A stretch of DNA of 63,974 bases, filler included, from Blastocystis sp. subtype 4 (GCF_000743755.1; 4 parts of 4 records of this genome joined end to end with filler, not necessarily neighbours in it); one strand, 5' to 3'; shown: positions 50,146-62,322, counted from the whole stretch's first letter. The notes: a model not told the origin generated them from the letters alone. Made by a program: numbers and translations.

Positions 50146-50521
50146 ATGATCAGTGGTGTTTTGAACATGTTTGTCTATTACATAGTTATGGGAATCATTT
50201 CCTTTATCTTGGTATCTCGAATATAATTTGCTTTGACACGTAGTATGCTGTTGATAAATGGAAGGCTGTAAACAATCAGTGGAGGATTCCAGAGAAGGTA
50301 CTCCTTATGTCGACAGTTCTAGGTGGCTTTCTTGGTACAGCAGCTGGAATGTACGTTTACCAGTACGAGCATATTGCTGGGTGAACATTAGTCATAAAAC
50401 CAAAAAGACACTCTTTGTAGTTACTTTAGTATTTAGCAGTGTATTGTGGATAGTTGTGACCATTATTGTAGCATTATTGTATTATTTTGTGTTTAAACAA
50501 ATGATTTTTAACACTTTATAG
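50146..50521 (+). CDS. DUF1294 family small membrane protein
   Basis: Spliced: ISFILYAVDKWKAVNNQWRIPEKVLL..GGFLGTAAGMY..HKTKK. Confidence 0.8.
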
Positions 50522-51678
50522 CCGAACCATTGAACACAGAGTGAATCTTCTCTACATCACTCAAAGGAATCTTGTGAAAATCAAAGTAATCATGCCATTT
50601 GCATTGGTTGATATAACCATAGTGAGATTTCTCAGGAGGTGTCCAATAATAGTCATGATATCGATACGGAGTTACGTTCAGCATCAAAGCAGCTAATCCT
50701 ATACTCATATCTTCTGTTCGCAACATATAAGGATAGTGGCGAGAAGCCAGAACGAGAGGAGCAAGAAGATCAGCAGAAATCACATAACCCACACCCACAC
50801 AATAAGGCCACGCTAAATCATTCTTATCAACAGCAAATGGTGTGTCCCACTTGTAACCAGGCTTTCGAATGAAAAAGGAAGTGATGAAGCAAGATCCATG
50901 ATAGAGTCGTTTTTGGCGTTCTGGAGGTAGACTTTCCAACCAATTGATGATCTTCGGCATATTGAAGTAAGAATCAGGATCTCCTTTCAAGATATATCGA
51001 ATCGAATGGCAGTTACGATGTAACCAGTTAAATGTATTCATAATACTCATTGTAATATTGTTGTACGAATCCAAGTGATCCATGTGAAGAATGTCGTTGT
51101 ATTGTCTTGCTTCTTCGTCAATCATAGCATTCACACTTGGATCAGGACTACTTGACACAATAAACAGATATTTGACTTCCTTTCCTTCAATCACCCGATT
51201 CTTAAACCAGGTTTGACGAAGAACTGTTCTTTCTTCTGGTTTCTTTACTGTTGACATGATCATCACTACCATATACGTGCTCGCTGAACAAAAGTTCGTA
51301 GGTTCAGCAAGGTATTGGTAATCGTAACCATAGGGAATATAATGATACACATCTGGTTGTAGTCGTTTATATGTGAAAGGCAATCCATAACGCTGCGTAA
51401 GAAACTCATCTAACTCTTTGTATTCTTCAAAATGAAACTGCTTTGGTATCCCATCATTGAAAATAACATTACTTTCCTTCTTGACAGCTTCGATGTCATG
51501 ATGCATGTCATCGATCGCTAGATTACTCTGTGAATCAACTTTCATTTCCATTCCGATTATGGATGACTCCGTTTGAGAAGGTTCTATTCATTACGATCCT
51601 CAAGAGACAAAAACGAGTCAGAATAGCTACTAGCGATCCTAACAAGAAAGAAGCCAAAGCATAATAGATAGACAGCAT
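50508..51678 (-). CDS. GT31 beta-1,3-galactosyltransferase-like type II membrane protein
   Basis: Signal anchor MLSIYYALASFLLGSLVAIL (1 intron), RTVLRQTW, EEARQYNDIL..DSYNNIT, YILKGDPD, PYCVGVGYVIS, EDMSIG. Confidence 0.9.
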
Positions 51679-51696
51679 GGAACGAAAAAGAAAAGT

Positions 51697-51769
51697 TGGA
51701 TGAGGCGGGCATCGATCCCGCTACCTATCCCTTGCGAAGGGATCACTCTACCATTTGAGCTACACACCC
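51697..51769 (-). tRNA. tRNA-Ala (anticodon CGC)
   Basis: GGGTGTGTAGCTCAAATGGTAGAGTGATCCCTTCGCAAGGGATAGGTAGCGGGATCGATGCCCGCCTCATCCA: cloverleaf, G3:U70 Ala identity pair, downstream T-runs (Pol III terminator). Confidence 0.95.
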
Positions 51770-51910
51770 ATATATACGGTACTTGGGTTTTTACTATTTC
51801 AGTTCCCTCTTGTTTGTGTCTGACCATACTTATCTTTCCTCTATTTTGTCATCGGTTATCAGTAGTGGAAAATATCTAGGTTTCACAATAGATTTGTATT
51901 GTGTTTCGTG

Positions 51911-54417
51911 ATGCAAGAAATAGTTCTTTCAATTGCTGGTTGGATAGGATTCATACTATCATTATGTGCTACATCTTTTGTATGGTAGTTTGTGTTTTAT
52001 TGAGATGTAGTTTTTTATTCATTATCGACACACTCTCCATAATCCTAATTTGAGTGTCTATATTATATTGGGCATTGTGGTTTCTGTATTTGTAGCGAAG
52101 TGGTGTCATTCCTAGTCTCTCCTCTTTTCTTTGATTGGAATAATTGAGTGGATTATGCGACTTTCAGGAATCTTAATGGTGATATTGGATTACCTGAGGG
52201 AAGTGTTTCTGCTATCAAGTGTCTGTTGGGTGACTTGTCTTCTACATCACTTTTCAAGAATCGTACCTCAACAGAGCAGTCAAAGTGTTTGTATCTGCTT
52301 GTGTCATGATGTCTAGAAACGGCACTACGTATTGGTTTCTTCTCTTATTCCGCTTCTTCTATCGTTTGTGTATTTGCTAATCCATTCCGATCATACTTCT
52401 TCTCATCAATGGTCATGCTTGACAGGAACGAATTATTTGTAGGGTCCAATTGGATTATCGAGATCGTTACCTAACGAATCCAGTTCTGATTATCTTGCTA
52501 ATCATCCAGTATAGGTACTTGTATCAGCATTTCCAATCACTTCCTTCAGTCCTGATATCGACGTCGTTCACGATCCGAATTAAAGTACGATCGATCACAA
52601 TCCTCTGGTCTTCATCACTCCTCTGTGTAATGTACATTGTGGTAACCGAATTTAATCTTCACATGTCATCAGTTCTCAATGTTTTGTTGTTTTTTGGATG
52701 TGAAAGTATCACTCTCTTATTGACATTCTTCATATGGATATATCGTGAACATGAAGCTCCGGTCGATTCGTTGCTCCCAAGGTATATCTTTCTCTTTAGG
52801 TTTTCCATAGTTCTTCTGTCTTCATTCCACACATTGAAGTCAAAGACCTTTCTATCATCGTTCACTCCTATAATTGTGGTGAGAAGTCCTTGTCATTTAG
52901 TGATCTGATACATCATGTACCTGAAGGAAAGGACATCTATCTATTCTCTCTTCAGGAATGTATATCTCCTACAAAGAGCATCAAAGCTATTAATGAATTT
53001 GTGAATTCAAAAAAACAGGAGTATTTCATCCAATCTGAATCTATCGGATCTCGATTGAAGATCCTTGGTTACCATGGAACGATCACTATTGTTGCTGCAG
53101 TTCGCAAATCAATTGCATCTCCCTTTACTGTTATTGCTCCTTCTACTGTTTATGAAGGATTTAACTTAGGAATATGCAGATTAGGGAATAAGGGGTCTGT
53201 TGGTATTTCATTGCGATTTGGCCATCATTCGCTTCTGTTTGTGGGATCGCACTTCGCTTCAGATTTAAAGGTTGAAGTAGAATGAAAGAATGACTTCTAG
53301 GGAAAGAGCTACTTGGCTCAGCGTATTCACAATGTTCAGTCAACATTGAGTTCGTTTTCTCCTGAACACATTGGATTGATGAATTGGGAGTGTTCATATG
53401 TTTATCATTACGTTGTATGTGAGTGAATTGTTGATTAGAAGTAGATTGTGGCGGGAGATTTGAATTTCCGATTGAATGAAACGAGCCTTGAAAGAATATT
53501 CCAAGACATTGCGCAAGGAGCAAAGAATCACGATTACTCGGAATTAGTGGCCAAAGACCAATTGCACGATGTAATTCAAAAGAAGTTGATATTTTTGGAT
53601 TACCAAGAAGCACCTATTTCTTTCCCTCCCACTTTCAAATTCGAAAAGAAGGAAAAGGGAAAATGTCTGGATTATTCGAATTTAGAAGACGTTCGACGAG
53701 TCTATAAAACAAAAGGAGCTGATCAAACGATTCGAATCCCCTCGTATGTTGATCGCATCATGTGGCATTCTCTTCCTGGATGTAAGGACTTATTCCAGGT
53801 TGCAGGGTATTTTAGATTAAAAGTATTGATTGTAGGGATTATCAGATGTGTGAAGATGTCCTGCAATCGGATCACCGTCCAGTCATGTGTGAATTCGTAT
53901 TGAAAGAAGAGAATAATACGACCACTCAATGGTTCCGAGAGGATTTCGGCAGACCACTTCATTTGTGTATGTCTGAGTTCCAGATGGAATCAGATTCTCT
54001 GAATATCACTGCTATTAAGGTTTGTTGTCCTATTCCTTGTGAGGATGTTCTATGGGACAAACGACTCGTCAGTACTGAAATCCTTCTTCATTTGTAGGAG
54101 CAGGTATTACGAACTGGATTCTTGTTCGACAGAGATACTTCGTTGAACAGTCTTGAAGGTTCGGGAAAGATGGTCAATGGTCAATGGATGGTGAATCACC
54201 GCATAACGAATTATACTTGTTTACCACTTCATGTAGCGATTCTAGTGGAATTGGGATCGACATATGCACAAGTAGTTTAATTCGTATCGAATTTTACGAA
54301 TAGGGAGTACTTAGTATTCATATTGCAGAAGAACGCTTCAGTATCGAACTCACTACGAATGGACAGTTCGTTTGCCAACTCTCAGGCTTGTATTCCTTAA
54401 CAGATGGCTCTATGTAA
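51911..54417 (+). CDS. Inositol polyphosphate 5-phosphatase with N-terminal multi-pass membrane region
   Basis: FSLQEC, GNKGSVGI, GSHF, AGDLNFR, FPPTFKF, PSYVDRI, SDHRPV; several hydrophobic exons upstream. Confidence 0.8.
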
Positions 54418-54561
54418 TTTAATTTTGCTGTTTCACTCTGTTTATTGCGTTCAAGTGATGTGTTTATGAGAGGTTTATTCGATTTCATTTACACGGGAAT
54501 ATTTGTTTTTAGGCGGCAGGTGATCATATTCTTTTAACGTCTCACATTTCTTTTTTCTAGC

Positions 54562-54660
54562 ATGGAGTTTAGTGATCTTAAGATTTGTGTTGTAGGCCTC
54601 GGATATGTGGGTCTTCCTATGGCTGTTGCATTTGCCGATAAGGGAGTTAAGGTTATCGGT
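54562..54660 (+). CDS. UDP-sugar (UDP-GlcNAc/GalNAc/ManNAc-type) dehydrogenase, 5' fragment cut by gap
   Basis: MEFSDLKICVVGLGYVGLPMAVAFADKGVKVIG; GLGYVGLP Rossmann motif typical of bacterial WbpO/WecC/TviB-type enzymes. Confidence 0.75.
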
Positions 54661-54760
54661 NNNNNNNNNNNNNNNNNNNNNNNNNNNNNNNNNNNNNNNN
54701 NNNNTTAATTAATTAANNNNNNNNNNNNNNNNNNNNNNNNNNNNNNNNNNNNNNNNNNNN
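54661..54760. other. Artificial contig-join linker
   Basis: Same N-padded TTAATTAATTAA pad. Confidence 0.97.
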
Positions 54761-54945
54761 AAAGGAACGCTAGAGAACGAATAATTACCTGTCCATCCTT
54801 GCGAATGTACATACCTCCATGTCCAGGGTAAATCTTGTACTCTGAGAAGGAACAAGTCAACGTTCTAGTCAAAGTAAGCATTCCTCCAACCAGAACACTT
54901 AAAACACTCTCAATTGCTTAAGCACTCTACCTACTTCACGACCAT
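54761..54945 (-). CDS. RPL24: 60S ribosomal protein L24, 5' part (rest lost in gap)
   Basis: Spliced MVVKTLTCSFSEYKIYPGHGGMYIRKDGQ. Confidence 0.9.
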
Positions 54946-55045
54946 TACTTATCGTATATCAAAGAACGTCTATCTGACGAGGTGAATAGTGCGAGTAAAA
55001 TAGTCCATGATGATTATGAAATAGATTACTATTAACAAAGAAAGG

Positions 55046-57425
55046 TAATTCCTATTTGGCGAGAAATCTAAATGTGGAATTGCAAATTCATAATTGTTGT
55101 CATCTTCACTACTGACTTCCTCATGATTTCTAGGGATGAATAATGATCCACACTAGTACATTTCAACAGGAAGAGATTGTCTGTCCATAGGTGGTGGAGG
55201 AGGTGCAATTATTGGTGGAGGTGGAAGTTGTGGATCGGATGTGGATATAGCTGGTTTCCGATACATGCGGTTTCGAGTTCGGTTTGAAGTTCTAGCAGGT
55301 GTTTTTGTTTGGCTGGGTGAATTTTCGGGCGGGAACGAAGAGCGGGATTTGGTGTTTGTAGGAATAGACCTTTTACGGACAATTGCAGTAATAGGGGAGT
55401 TGGAGGTAGATATATGTGGTGGTGGAGGATTTGAAGGAGCAGGAAGTGTAGGAGTAGGAGTAATAGCAGGAACAGGAACAGGTGTAGAAGCAGGAGAAGG
55501 TGCACCAGCAAGAGACGTGGATAATACTGAAACTCGAATTGAACGGCGCTTCTCCATATGTTCGTTTACAGGTACTGATACTGGCTGAGTAGGTGGAACA
55601 GATGATTTCGTCTGTATAGGACTGTGATCACGAGAAGGAGATAATGAGACTTGGGTAGATCCAGCCGCCTGTGATTCAGGATTCTTTCTGAAAAGTGAAG
55701 CTCGAGATTCGTCCATAGAGGCCAAGGAGGGTTCACTTAAAGGAAGAGGATTCGATGATTGATTGGAAGGGGATAACAACGAAACCATAGTAGAATGATG
55801 GTTGGACGATGACTCCACACTGGAAACAGTAGGAATCGAGACTGGAGCATTGTGAACAGGTTCTGATGGTTTTGTGTTACCAAGAACAGAAACAAATGAA
55901 GACTGTCTGAGCATTGATCTAGATGTCTCTCCTTCAGATCCCTGTGCAGCTATAGCAGGCAGTCGTCTGGCTCCTCTGGCCCGAACTCGTGCACCTCCAG
56001 TAGGATTCTTTGGAGGTTCTCTAGGTAAGACAGAGACAGTGGGAAGGCCTTCGAGAGGAGAAAGAGAATCAGCATCGAGTTGAGGTGGAATAGCTTGAAT
56101 CATGGATTGAGTGATATCTGGAAGATCGGTCATAAAAGAACTGGATTGTACAGAATAGGATGACTCTGGGATCTCTTCTGTCTTTTGGCTGCATTCAGTG
56201 ACTGTATTCTTATGAAGGAGTATCTTGTGACTTCGGCTTGCTTCTTCAGCTTGTCTTGCTTCCTCTTCTTTTTTAGCTTCTTCAGCTCTTCTAGCTTCCT
56301 CTTTTTGCCTAGCTTCTTCAGCTCTTCTGGCTTCCTCTTCTTTCTTAGCTTCTTCAGCCTTTCTAGCTTCTTCAGCTCTTCTAGCTTCCTCTTTTTGCCT
56401 AGCTTCTTCAACTCTTCTGGCTTCCTCTTCTTTCTTCGCTTCTTCAGCTCTTCTGGCTTCTTCTGCTTGTCTGGCTTCCTCTGCTTTCTTCGCTTCTTCA
56501 GCTCTTTTGACTTCCTCAGCCTTCTTCGCTTTCTCTGCTTGACTAACCTCTTCTGCTTTTCTTGCTTCCTCTTCTTTCCTACGTTCTTCCGTCCTTCCCA
56601 TTCCTTCATTAAATGATACTGGTTCCACAGTAAAGTCCACAACCGGTTCACACCCAGGCAACAGCGAAAATCGGGCCAAATCACTCTCATGAGTCATTCG
56701 ATCCAATACAGAGAGTGAAGAACCACTATCACCTTTATTCACCTTTATTCATTCACCAATCCATTATCTACCTCAACTACTCCTGAAACAACGACATCTT
56801 TTGGCTCATTTCGAGCACCCTTTCCATTATCATCAAAAAAACGAACCTACTCGTCGGAAAAAAGATAGTATACTTCGTTTCTTCTTCTTCTTTGGCTCTG
56901 CTACTAGAACTGGAGAAGGTTGCGAAGTTCGTTGCATAGTAGAATAAACGCCATTCATCTACAATATGACAACAATTAAAATTGATAACTCCACTTTCAA
57001 AAATAACTGCATCAGCTGAATTAGAAAACAAAAAACAGAAAGACTTGTTTTGGTGTGGAAGAATATAACATAAATCACCAAACTTTGTTGCATTTAACAT
57101 ATTATCCGGAAACTCAAAGCACAGTTTAACATGAAACGTCTACAAACTATTATTCTAGCAAATACATACATCATAATCAAGTAGCAAGGCCGAGTATAAA
57201 GGAAACCCTTTCACTATCCCTCTTGTAATGACAACTGTCAGAAAACCCATCAAATTATCATCAATCCATATCCCTATAATGATCAATAAACGACCAACAG
57301 TGCAAACCATCTCTCTTAGCATAGAGAACACGTGAGAAACAGACAAATAAGGGACTCGACCGTTTCCCTAATAGATAGGTTATCTTTTGCTTAACTTCTT
57401 CAGAAACAAGAGATCGAGTCTCCAT
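55046..57425 (-). CDS. WASP-type WH1/EVH1-domain protein with charged helical repeat, proline-rich region and acidic tail
   Basis: ITYLLGKRSSPLFVCFSRVLYA..W..GFLTVV..SFCFLFSNSADAVIF resembles WASP WH1; EEARRA repeats; poly-Pro; final spliced exon EEVSSEDDNNYEF. Confidence 0.55.
56236..56585 (-). repeat. Coding tandem repeat, 18-nt/6-aa unit (EEARRA/EEAKKE/EEARQK)
   Basis: Roughly 18 degenerate copies of gcttcttcagctcttcta-like units on the + strand. Confidence 0.9.
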
Positions 57426-57512
57426 ATTCCGAGATTGAGACAATATCCGTGTTGCGGCAGTTGCGGATATTGCGGCTTTTACGACATAAAGATTTATCTA
57501 GATTTGATTATT

Positions 57513-58142
57513 ATGCAGGGTAGGAGAATTGTGGAGACAGGACACTTTTTGCAAGGAATGGTGTTTACGGGTCAGGATGAGGAACATGATTATTACTACG
57601 ATAATGGAACTTTCTGTTCTTGCGCTGTTAAGAGAATTGATGGAAAGAGGGAAGGACCAGTAACGATTCAAGATAGGACTGGAAGGGTGATTGCTAAGCT
57701 GGTGTACTCCAATGACTCCATCAATGGTAATTGTACTCGCAATTTTAGTGACTATAAACTAGTATGTGATGTTAAGGATAACATAATGCATGGTTACTAC
57801 TGGAAATATGATAAGAACGATAACATTATCGACCAAGGAGAGTATGATCATGGGAAGCAAAAGATTGAAGGAGACGACTATGATAATGTGTATTCTTCAG
57901 GACAGTTTGATAATAATCAATATACTGCAAGGCATGAAACAAATAATCGCAACAATGGATATCAGAAACATGAATCGCAGGAGAATAGTTTACATTCCAC
58001 TTACTCTGCTTATAGACAGCCAACTGATCAAGGTTCTGGATTATCATCGTTTTTAAAAGTTGGTGCTACTGCTTTCGCTTTGGGAACTGCTGTTGTGGGT
58101 CTAGCCAAGTTATTTTCCTCATCTCATGATGATGATAGATAA
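57513..58142 (+). CDS. Hypothetical protein with MORN-variant-like repeats and C-terminal hydrophobic anchor
   Basis: DGKREGPV, NDSINGNC, DNIMHGYYWKYDKN..QGEYDHGKQ; ATAFALGTAVVGLAKLF; TGTTTGTT after the stop. Confidence 0.6.
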   Translation: MQGRRIVETGHFLQGMVFTGQDEEHDYYYDNGTFCSCAVKRIDGKREGPVTIQDRTGRVIAKLVYSNDSINGNCTRNFSDYKLVCDVKDNIMHGYYWKYDKNDNIIDQGEYDHGKQKIEGDDYDNVYSSGQFDNNQYTARHETNNRNNGYQKHESQENSLHSTYSAYRQPTDQGSGLSSFLKVGATAFALGTAVVGLAKLFSSSHDDDR

Positions 58143-58218
58143 TATTTCTTGTTTGTTGCAGAGAACCAGCACATCCTTTTTCTGTAGTATTATTTCTTCT
58201 TTGTCAAGTCTGTAACAC

Positions 58219-61200
58219 ATGGATTTACCCATTACAGATGACTATTTCTTCCATGCGAACACCTCTCGCAATGCATTCCAGTCTTCTGCACAACTTCAAT
58301 ATCAGGATATTCGAGCAGTCCAGGAAAGTGGAATACCATTCAATTTAACGTGTGCCCTAACAGCTCTTGATGTACGTTGTTTCTGGATCTTTGAATCTAG
58401 AATTCTAACACAACCTATTCGAAATTGATTGAACTGTATCATGAGCGTGGATATGGAAAACTAGTTGAAAAACACAAGATCCAGGTGGACAGCAATTCTA
58501 AGAATGACTGGAAGTATAAGGATCTTGCTCAATTGTTGTGGACGCAAGTTTCAAAGATTCTGCATATCTTAGCTGAACTGGAGAAGTGTCGCAAAGACCT
58601 CGCAGCTGTGTTAGACAATGTGACAGAATTATACAAAGTAAAGGAATATCCCGTAAGACACTTTGTTTGCATGTACTGTAGATTGTTCCCGATCTTTTCA
58701 AAGATTGTATTATTGCTTGTGTAGATGTTCATTGTATTGCAGATCTTATTATTGTTAAAGTGGTTCTTCGCATTTAATAAGTAGAGCAAGAAATCGAGTT
58801 TGCAAGCCACACTCCGTTGTTTTCAATCTCTTTCACCTTCTCTCCAGTCATCTATGGCTGGTGATTCGTTATCACTCCTTGCTTCTGCTAATCAATTCTT
58901 TTCCCCTCAGTATTCACTCCAACTCATTCTGGATATGCTACGGCCTTACCGTCTTGTTCCATTGCTTGAAGCAGTTTGTACCTACGCGATTGACCAAGTT
59001 CGCTCCAATCCTTATACATTACCTTCGGCTCACTTCCGTTATCTTAGAGGAATATCACAATTCTTCTTCCTTCTAGGTAATGGAAAGGGTTGAATTACAA
59101 TACAGATGGTTTGATGAATCAAAGCGTGTTCAGTAATAAACAAATCCCTCTTCCTGAAGCTCAGAAACTCTTCCGCGTTTATCCCTTTATTCCCGTGGAA
59201 GGTGATCTTGTTTATGATTGTTATGCGATGTTAAGTATTTGTCCGAATTGGGAGACGGTGAGATCAACGAAGCAGTATCACATTCGATTTGGTCTGTGAT
59301 GAAGTCTATTTGTGATCCTTAGATCGTACGAAACAACGATACTTACTCGAACATAAAATTTTGCAGTTGCGAAAAGAGTATTTGGAAGTCATTCATGAAA
59401 TGGAGAAAGAGGGAGTTTCAGAGAATGAGTCTGTCGATAAAACTCCTTCTTTCTATGAGCCGCGTTATGGAGAAGGTCTATTTTCTATACGTCGCTCGAA
59501 TTCGGATGTAGGTGGAACTGACTCATTAACTGAATCACTCAGTCAATCAATGACTGGAGCAGGAAGTGAGTGTGTGACACAGAAAGATGGAGTGACTGTA
59601 TCTTTGACGCCTAAAGAGCAAGCTCTTCTGCATGCTTTCCGTGTGTTACGCTCACTTTCACTCTCGTTATCACTCTTCGTATGAACATCTCATATTTCAT
59701 TATTCTAGTGGTCTTGGAAGTTAACTCATGCACCTTCAATTGAGACATGCCCTCTCTGTAACAGACAAGTTCCTTCTTCACTCCTTCCTCATGAGAATGA
59801 GTCAAGTTGTTCTCATAATTGTCTTTCCATTCCATCTGAATGGATGAAATATGCCTGTTTTACACAATTCAATTTTTCAGAGCAGGAATACTCACTCCTC
59901 TTACATACACTCACACTCACTCATTCTCTCTCATCTCTTCTTCGTGAACATGCAACTACTCTGGGAACAATCATTCATACCCTCTCATATTCAACTCTCC
60001 AACATCTCTTGAAAGTTGATCTACTTTACTGGTTACACCATGCTGATAAACATGGTCAGAAATTAGCCAATGAAACTGCCATCCTATTGAAACTCCGTGA
60101 AACAGTATATGATTGGTTAGGAGAATCACCTCCTTCTCCTGAACAAGAGTACAAGCTTGGTACAACAGCACGACGTGAGTTAGCGATTGCCTGTGTTCAG
60201 CGATGTGTATCTCCTTCATATCTCCAATTGGTTGTTCTTCAAGCGCTGTTATCCATCTTTGCAGATCCTCATTCTCCTTCAGTCACAGCCAGATTCTTTC
60301 CTCGATTCACTCTACTTCGTAATTCTGATTTGAAACTGATTAAGGAACATGGTACATTGTTGAGCCTGTGTATTCCACTTGCTTCATTCTCACTTACTCT
60401 CTCTTCTCTCGAATCTGTTTCATTCTTTGCTAGTGATGTAACTCTCACAGAAACAGCTCCTTCATGGGCTGTTCCTTCTTCTTTACGTCTTCCACGACTA
60501 CTCCAACGATACTGTGTCAATCACTTATCACAAGTCCTTACATCATCACTTCTGGTTCCACTTCAAATCAGTACGAATGCTTATGATAAACTCATATTCA
60601 ATGATTGTATCCAAGCTGAATATGAACAAGAATGTGGAGAGATGGTGAATCAGCTGGTCGATAAAGTGAGTCGTTTCTTGTAAGACTCAGGATGTGAATT
60701 GTGAATAGATACTCCTGGAGCAAACAGACAGCTGTTTGTACGATTCTTTCAGAACGAGGCCAATCTGTTCATTTCCCAGATCCTCTTAAACTGAATGTTT
60801 GGTTTAAATCCTGACTCTTATTCATTAGATTCAAGCTCTGGATATGAATTGTACTGTATGTGATCGTGCAATCAATCTTCATGCCCTTCTCAGTTTACAG
60901 TTGAATTCATTGTATTGTCTTTCTCTCCATCATCCTGTCTAGAGTAGCCAATGATCTTGCAGCTTTGCATACTCGCTTACAGGCTTCTAATTTATCATTC
61001 CTAATTGAATTTCATACTCTCCTTCATCTTCTGTTTCTCACTCATTCGTTCGTCACATCCATCATTTCTCTCCCTCCTTTCACCGACTTTGTTACACGGG
61101 AATTTGGTTCTGATACGACAACCATGGGAATGAATGTTTTTTGTCAATGGTTACAACAAGAAACAATTCATCTTGTTTGTGAAGGAGTATTCGCAGGCGA

Positions 61201-62322
61201 AGTTGGATCGATTTTATTTGATGATTCATAGCGATTCGTTCTTCCAAGGGATGATTCGTTACCACCAAAACATCCCGCCCTTTTCTTATATGGAGGGAAA
61301 AAGGCCCGCCAATTGCTCCTTCAGGAACAGTATCAGGGATTTGTTGGAATTCCTCATTTGCAAACCCTTCAGTGGATTGGTGAGTTGTTGCATGTTCAAT
61401 GGTTACCTGGTTTGATTCATTTACTGGAAGATCAATTGGACAAGACGGTAGGAGGCTTACAAAAGACAATAGAAGGAGTACAGGATTATCATTGTGAGGA
61501 AACAGAAGATCTGGCTGTTTTGTTTAAGGGAATGAATGACAAGATAAGGTTGACAGAAGAAGTATTGAGTGAGAGTGTATGGGAATGTGTTACCTTCTCC
61601 AATATCTATGCCTTTTTACGCATGTGCGAAAAATGTGTTTGGATGCAATCGAATGAATGTATTCAGGAAATGATGACTGTTCTGACTGATTCCATTTCTC
61701 CAAGTAATTCGTATCAGTCCATCCTTCATCAATTCAATTATCAACCAACTCCTTCTCTATCCCTCATTCTTCCTGTTTTTGGTCATATTGCACAGATTCT
61801 GGCATGGGATGATTCGTTCTGTTCTCATCTTCCTTTGTTTGTGGACTCTTTTCTTCTCTCTCTCTTCAATCAGTCCTTCCTCAAAGAGACTGATCCAGTT
61901 CAGTCAATTCTTGATGAAGTGATTCTGTGTGTTTCATTCTTACTCATTATCACCCGAAGTCAGAGTCGTTTGCTGGATAATGGAAAATGCATGAAAGTAG
62001 GAAAAGGAGCGGAATAAGACGTAGTTTGTGACCTTATGTTTATCAAGAAATGTCTCCAATGATTTGACTGTTGTAAGTATTCAGTGATACATTTGATTAT
62101 CAAGAACTCCCATATCAAGGATTTTGTCAAGTTTATCGTTCAAGTGGCTGATACAATTACTGAAGCAAATGACTATTCCATATTCAAGCAAATAGCTGAT
62201 GAATCTCAGACATCGTATACAGTGAACGACACGCTGACTGGTTTTGATTGTGAGGTTCTGCTACCCAGTTATGTTGAATTGGAGTTGTGTGATTAGTTGT
62301 AGATATCTCTGTTTTCTACTGA
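58219..62322 (+). CDS. Divergent CYFIP/SRA1/PIR121 (WAVE regulatory complex subunit)
   Basis: YPFIPVEGDL (cf. VVPLFGDM), VSPSYLQL (VGPSSTQL), VPSSLRLPRLL (FPIEMSMPWIL), YQGFVGIPHL (YRNFVGPPHF), in the correct order. Confidence 0.65.

Noticed and set aside
51639..51827. 62-aa ORF running through the tRNA
   Set aside because: It translates the tRNA body and T-tract; a better signal-anchor start for GT31 exists at 51678.
55000..55120. Possible box C/D snoRNA (ATGATGA ... CTGA) on the + strand
   Set aside because: There is no proper terminal stem or recognisable rRNA guide, and most of it is better explained as the last coding exon of the minus-strand WH1 gene.
57387..57512. Cys-rich N-terminal extension (CCGSCGYCG) of the MORN-like ORF
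   Set aside because: It starts at a non-ATG codon, overlaps the divergent gene, and merely translates the TTGCGG repeats.
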